A DNA stretch of 64,000 nucleotides from an uncultured Solirubrobacteraceae bacterium (lineage in GTDB: Bacteria > Actinomycetota > Thermoleophilia > Solirubrobacterales > Solirubrobacteraceae), in contig OY969799.1 in the NCBI GenBank assembly GCA_963703205.1, positions 2,228,032 to 2,292,031 on the forward strand, written 5' to 3'. The notes beneath the pieces were generated by a model. It saw only the letters and a list, made by a program, of their open reading frames with translations. It was not told the DNA's origin and did no database searches. The translations under genes and the position numbers were made by a program. Positions within the stretch are counted from its first letter, which is position 1. Every line of letters starts with the position of its first letter. Positions 59,706 through 64,000 of the stretch are shown here, one piece after another.

Positions 59706-61571
59706 TCACGGAACGGCGGGCAGCTGCACGTAGGAGTCGTGCGAGCCGCCGTGAAGCACCGTGATCGTGCCGCCTAGCTCCTGCCCGAGCGTCGGCAGCG
59801 TCGGCGTGCCGACGACCGTGTTGGCGGTGCCGATCGTCAGGCGCAGCCGGTCGCCGGCGGGCACGATCACACCCGTCGGGTAGATCTCGATGTTGTATTC
59901 GGTCGGTTCGTTCGGGGTGACCGCCTGCTGGCTTTCTTTTGTGAACGGGTGCCAGGGCCGGATCACCACGTGCTTGGGGCCGTAGGTCTCCAGGCTCGGG
60001 TCGACCGCCCGCTGGCTCGCCTCCAGGAAGCCCGCCGTGATCTGTTCGGATTTTCCGTCCGGTTCGACCTCGCTCAGCACCGCCACCAGGGTCGCGTCGG
60101 TCGTCGAGATGCTCGCCCACAGGTTCGCCGTGAGCAGCCCCTCGAGCGTCTCGGGCGCGGCCAGCGGCTGCGTCGTGTAGGTCAGCGAGCTCGCCTCGTA
60201 GGTGTTGTTGGTCGTGTCGCACACCCCGTTCGACTCGGCGCCCGCGGTCCACTGCGCGGTCTCGCGCGAGCAGGGACTGGACGCCGGCAGCAGCGGAGCG
60301 GTGTCGCCCGATTCCGCCTTCGGCGGTGCGCTCGCGAGCGAGCCGTCGTGCAGCGACAGCGGCGCCGAGCCCGACGATTCGCCGTTCAGGTAGAGCCGCT
60401 TGTAGGAGGTCTTCGGCAGCGGGAACTTCTTGAAGTGTTCCCAGTGCGTGCCGTTGATCGGGTAGAGGTTGACCTTCGGCGTCTTCTGGACGCCGTTCTT
60501 TTCGCCTTTCAGCCAGTGGCCGAACCAATGTTCCTTGATGTTCGGATCTTCGTATTCCGGACCCGAGGTCACGTGGTAGTGAGGCGACATGAACAGCACC
60601 CGGTCCTTGGAGTTCTTCAGCGATTCCCAGAGCAGCGGCTCGCCGCGCTGGAACAGGTCCCACCAGCCGCCCTGGATCACGACCGGGACGGTGATTTCAC
60701 CCGCACGCACGACCGGCGAGCGCAGCCGGTAGAACGGGCCGTCGTAGGCGTCTTCTTCGCCGAGCGAGGCGCCGACGATGTGCTCGCCGCTGAATTCGGC
60801 TCCGCCGAGGAGGTGTTCGATGTAGACCGTCGCCGCTTCCTGCGGGTCTTCCGAGAGCGAGGCCGGCGGCAGGTCGGAGAGCACGTCGACCAGCCCCAGC
60901 CACAGCGGGATGAAGCCCGTGTCGACCGAGCCGCCCTGGAAGGTCACGTCGCGGTAGGCGTCGGCCATCGGGATGTCTGCCCACACCGCCTCGATTGCGC
61001 GGGGCAGTCCTTCCTTCACGCGCGCCGCGTCGGCCTCGGCGATCAGCAGCGAGGTGATGCCCATGTAGGAGTCGCCGGTGGTGGCGACGCTGCCGTTCGA
61101 CCAGCCCTGTTCCTGGATCCAGGTGAGCACTTCCTTGTAGTCCTGCTGGGTCCGTTCGCCCCACGAATCCCACTTCCCGCCGGAGTCGCCGGTGCCGCGG
61201 TCGTCGAGCACCATCACCGCGTAGCCCTTTTCGGCCATCGCGGGTTCGTCGCCGGCGATGCCCTGCGAGGCGGAGTTCGCGCATTCTCCGGTCGGGCTGC
61301 CCGCATCCTTGTTGTAGCCCGTGACCGTGAGCAGCGTCGGGTAGTGGCCGCTGCTCGACGGCAGCCAGACGTTGGCGCGCAGCACCACGCCGTCGCTCAT
61401 CGTGATCGGCACGTCGCAGAGGGCCACAGTCGCGCTCGCGGCCGAGGCGAAGACGGCGCATGCCGCCAGCGCGAGCAGCGCGGCGGCGATCGTCAGGCGC
61501 GCGCGGCGGCGCGCCGGAGGCGTTGAGGCCCGCTCGAGCGGGCGCTCGGCGGGAACGGGCTGCTGATCCAT
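59706..61571 (-). CDS. secreted CocE/NonD-family hydrolase
   Basis: ITMSDGVVL, DDRGTGDSGG, WSNGSV..GDSYMG, GGWWDLF, C-terminal jelly-roll region. Confidence 0.92.
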   Translation of the reverse strand: MDQQPVPAERPLERASTPPARRRARLTIAAALLALAACAVFASAASATVALCDVPITMSDGVVLRANVWLPSSSGHYPTLLTVTGYNKDAGSPTGECANSASQGIAGDEPAMAEKGYAVMVLDDRGTGDSGGKWDSWGERTQQDYKEVLTWIQEQGWSNGSVATTGDSYMGITSLLIAEADAARVKEGLPRAIEAVWADIPMADAYRDVTFQGGSVDTGFIPLWLGLVDVLSDLPPASLSEDPQEAATVYIEHLLGGAEFSGEHIVGASLGEEDAYDGPFYRLRSPVVRAGEITVPVVIQGGWWDLFQRGEPLLWESLKNSKDRVLFMSPHYHVTSGPEYEDPNIKEHWFGHWLKGEKNGVQKTPKVNLYPINGTHWEHFKKFPLPKTSYKRLYLNGESSGSAPLSLHDGSLASAPPKAESGDTAPLLPASSPCSRETAQWTAGAESNGVCDTTNNTYEASSLTYTTQPLAAPETLEGLLTANLWASISTTDATLVAVLSEVEPDGKSEQITAGFLEASQRAVDPSLETYGPKHVVIRPWHPFTKESQQAVTPNEPTEYNIEIYPTGVIVPAGDRLRLTIGTANTVVGTPTLPTLGQELGGTITVLHGGSHDSYVQLPAVP

Positions 61572-61680
61572 GGACTCTCCTGTTCGGCTTTCGGCTCGGT
61601 ACCGGCAACGGCTTCGCCGCCCGCGACGACGCCGTCCCTCCCCCGCGGCAGCCCCCACGGCCATCCGCGCGCGTGTTCCT

Positions 61681-61740
61681 GTACCCGACACGAGAGGCCG
61701 CCAAACGTCGTGTTGTTTACAGCCACCAACCCCGGGGTAT
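61681..61740. promoter_or_regulatory. back-to-back divergent SigB/SigF-type promoter motifs
   Basis: Minus strand GTTT-N16-GGGTAC (61681-61706); plus strand GTTT-N16-GGGTAT (61715-61740). Confidence 0.65.
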
Positions 61741-61750
61741 CCGGTCTTAC

Positions 61751-64000
61751 GTGGGCAGGCGGGGGCCGAGCACCGGGGGACAATCGAGCGCACTCCGAGC
61801 GCGCGCCCGTTCGGCGCGGGCACAAGGCGTGTCCGCCCGCGCGCTGCTCGGCGCCGCGCTGCTGGCCGGCTGCCTGCTCGCCGTGCCCGGCGCCAGCAGC
61901 GCGGCCGAAGGCAGCTGCGGCGGCTTCGAAGCGCCGTGCTCGCACGAAACCGAAGAGCAGTTCTCCTACGGGAGCGTGCAGCGCGAAGACACGCCCAACG
62001 ACCCCGAATACGACCGCGCCGAGCCGGACACGCAGCAGCCGCCGGAAAAGCGCTCCTCGAACTTCTACTCCGAGCGCTTCGACCTGTTCGGCTTCCCCTC
62101 CGAACTGACGCCGAGCGCCGTCTATAGGGTCGGGCCGCACGCGGGCTCGCCGATGGTCGCCGGGTTCAACGCCGCGGGCGCCTGGAAGCTGACGCGCGGC
62201 CAGCCGCAGGCCGTGATCGCGATCCTCGACGACGGCATCTACTGGGGCCAGCGCGGGCTGCGCAAGCGGATCCACCTCAACACCGGCGAGCTGCCCTACC
62301 CCGAGCTGCCCGGCGGGACCTCCTGCGGGACCTACGAATGCGACGCGGCGGCCGGCGGGCACGGCGAAGCCGGCGTCGTCAACGTCGAAGACTGGGCGGG
62401 CGACCCACGCGTCTCGCTCTCCTACCCGGGCCGCACCGGCCCGCCCGGCCTGATCACCGCGCAGGACCTGATCCACGCCTTCGGCGACTGCCAGATCGCC
62501 GAGCACGAAGTCGTCGCGTGCGTGCCCGGCCAGCACTTCGACAACGACGGCAACGGCTTCGCGAACGACATCGCCGGCTGGAACTTCTTCGACAACAACA
62601 ACGAACCGGGCGACCTCTCCAGCTACTTCGCCGCCTACCACCACGGCACCGGACGCGCCGACGACGCGGCCGAAGAAGGCAACGACGGCGAAGGCGGCCT
62701 CGGCGTCTGCCCGCACTGCCAGATCATGCCCGTGCGAATCTGGGACACGTTCGTCTCCGACGCCAACGACTTCGCGCTCGGCATGGTCTACGCGACCGAC
62801 AACGGCGCGAAGGTGCTCGAGGGCTCGAACGGCAGCCTCTACCACTCCTCTTTCGCCGAAGCCGCCTCGCAGTACGCCTACGAACACGGCGTCGTGCAGA
62901 CCTACTCCGGCGACGACCTGCACACCGCCGATCACAACTACCCGGCCAACTACGCCCACGCGATGCTGATCCAGGGCACCGTGCCGGACACGATGGGCCT
63001 CGGCATCGAAAACAAGGAATGGCTCGAAGGCGAGAAGCTCTGCGGTGTCACCGGCGAGCCGGCCTGCCTCGGCTCCAATCTCCCGGTCTCGACCTTCCTG
63101 CGCAACGCCAACACCACCCAATACGGGGCCAAGAGCTCGATCGCGATGGAGGGGGCCACCGGCTCCGACAACACCGGCAAGGCCTCGGGCGCCGCGGGCT
63201 TGGTGATCAGCGCCGGGCTCGAACGCGGCATCGTGCTGCGGCCCGACGAGACCCGCGAGCTGCTCGAGCAGACCGCCGAACGCGTGCTGGAAGGCAACAC
63301 CGCGGGAGCCGGCGTCGCCCCGCCCGCGGCGAACCCGGCGCTGCCGAGCGACGAGCAGTGGACCCCGCACTTCGGCTGGGGCCGCGCGAACGTGGGCGCC
63401 GCCGTCGGCGCGGTCGCGGCCGGCGACATCCCGCCGGAGGCGGCGATCGACTCGCCCTCGTGGTTCTCGCCCCTGACCGGATCGAGCGTCGAAATCAGCG
63501 GCCTCGCGCGGGCGCGCTTCGCAACGGGCGGGCACCTCCACTGGAAGCTGATGTGGGGCGCGGGTCAGGCCCCGTCGTCCTGGACGCTCGCCGGCGAAGG
63601 CGAATCGAGCGGTACCGTGACGAAGTTCGGCTCGATCGACCTCGAAGCCGTGCGCGAAGCGCTCGCCAAGTACGTGGTGCCGCCGGACCCCGCCGGCCCG
63701 ACGTTCGCGGCTGATGAGCCGAACCCCTTCCAGCACGAATTCACCGTCCAGCTCGAGGTCTCGGGCGAAGGCATCCCGCTGACCGGCGTCGACCGCCGGG
63801 TGTTCGACACCTTCACCGACCCGACGCTCGTCAAAGGCTCCCCGCGCTACATGGGCGCAGGCGGCGAATCGGCGCTGCGCTACGTCGACCTGACCGGCTC
63901 GGGCGAACAGGAGCTGGTCCTCCCGACCGAGGACGGCGCGGTGCACGCGATCCTGCCGAGCGGCGGCGAACTGAAGGGCTGGCCCGTGCACACCGACAGC
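61751..64000 (+). CDS. large secreted S8 (subtilase) peptidase, 3'-truncated by window edge
   Basis: Not in ORF track (no stop in window). Signal peptide; VIAILDDGI (Asp), DNDGNGFANDIAGWNF, HHGTG (His), GATGSDNTGKASG (Ser); YVDLTGSGEQELV FG-GAP-like start. Confidence 0.85.
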   Translation, partial: MGRRGPSTGGQSSALRARARSARAQGVSARALLGAALLAGCLLAVPGASSAAEGSCGGFEAPCSHETEEQFSYGSVQREDTPNDPEYDRAEPDTQQPPEKRSSNFYSERFDLFGFPSELTPSAVYRVGPHAGSPMVAGFNAAGAWKLTRGQPQAVIAILDDGIYWGQRGLRKRIHLNTGELPYPELPGGTSCGTYECDAAAGGHGEAGVVNVEDWAGDPRVSLSYPGRTGPPGLITAQDLIHAFGDCQIAEHEVVACVPGQHFDNDGNGFANDIAGWNFFDNNNEPGDLSSYFAAYHHGTGRADDAAEEGNDGEGGLGVCPHCQIMPVRIWDTFVSDANDFALGMVYATDNGAKVLEGSNGSLYHSSFAEAASQYAYEHGVVQTYSGDDLHTADHNYPANYAHAMLIQGTVPDTMGLGIENKEWLEGEKLCGVTGEPACLGSNLPVSTFLRNANTTQYGAKSSIAMEGATGSDNTGKASGAAGLVISAGLERGIVLRPDETRELLEQTAERVLEGNTAGAGVAPPAANPALPSDEQWTPHFGWGRANVGAAVGAVAAGDIPPEAAIDSPSWFSPLTGSSVEISGLARARFATGGHLHWKLMWGAGQAPSSWTLAGEGESSGTVTKFGSIDLEAVREALAKYVVPPDPAGPTFAADEPNPFQHEFTVQLEVSGEGIPLTGVDRRVFDTFTDPTLVKGSPRYMGAGGESALRYVDLTGSGEQELVLPTEDGAVHAILPSGGELKGWPVHTDS

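Noticed and set aside
61493-63991. 832-aa minus-strand ORF
   Set aside because: Antisense shadow of the plus-strand S8 peptidase, which carries the recognisable motifs.

Overview
High-GC, gene-dense chromosomal window. The gene content (secreted GH/S8/CocE proteins, double-TetR regulator, actinobacterial qcrCAB, SigB/F) suggests an Actinomycetota of the Thermoleophilia/Solirubrobacterales type; this is inference. It carries housekeeping and sugar genes (greA, GH76, PfkB and GlcNAc kinases, sugar ABC, galT/galK), tRNA-Arg(ACG) and tRNA-Ser(GGA), an alkB-rubredoxin-TetR locus, an ECF sigma/anti-sigma pair, a P450/esterase cluster, and a general-stress island (about 37-56 kb) with a SigB/F sigma factor. 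No integrase, transposase or CRISPR array was seen. Most notable: (1) a ctaC-ctaD-orf-ctaG-qcrCAB operon whose subunit I keeps all metal ligands and the cross-link Tyr but has lost the canonical D- and K-channel residues, with no subunit III gene; (2) five tiny 'relay' ORFs bridging gene junctions with a 4-nt stop/start overlap at both ends; (3) about 11 GTTT-N15/16-GGGTA promoter motifs, one directly in front of the oxidase operon; (4) a cluster of co-varying loopless palindromes at 59.5 kb. About 23.7-34.4 kb is riddled with single-base indels, most likely consensus errors.
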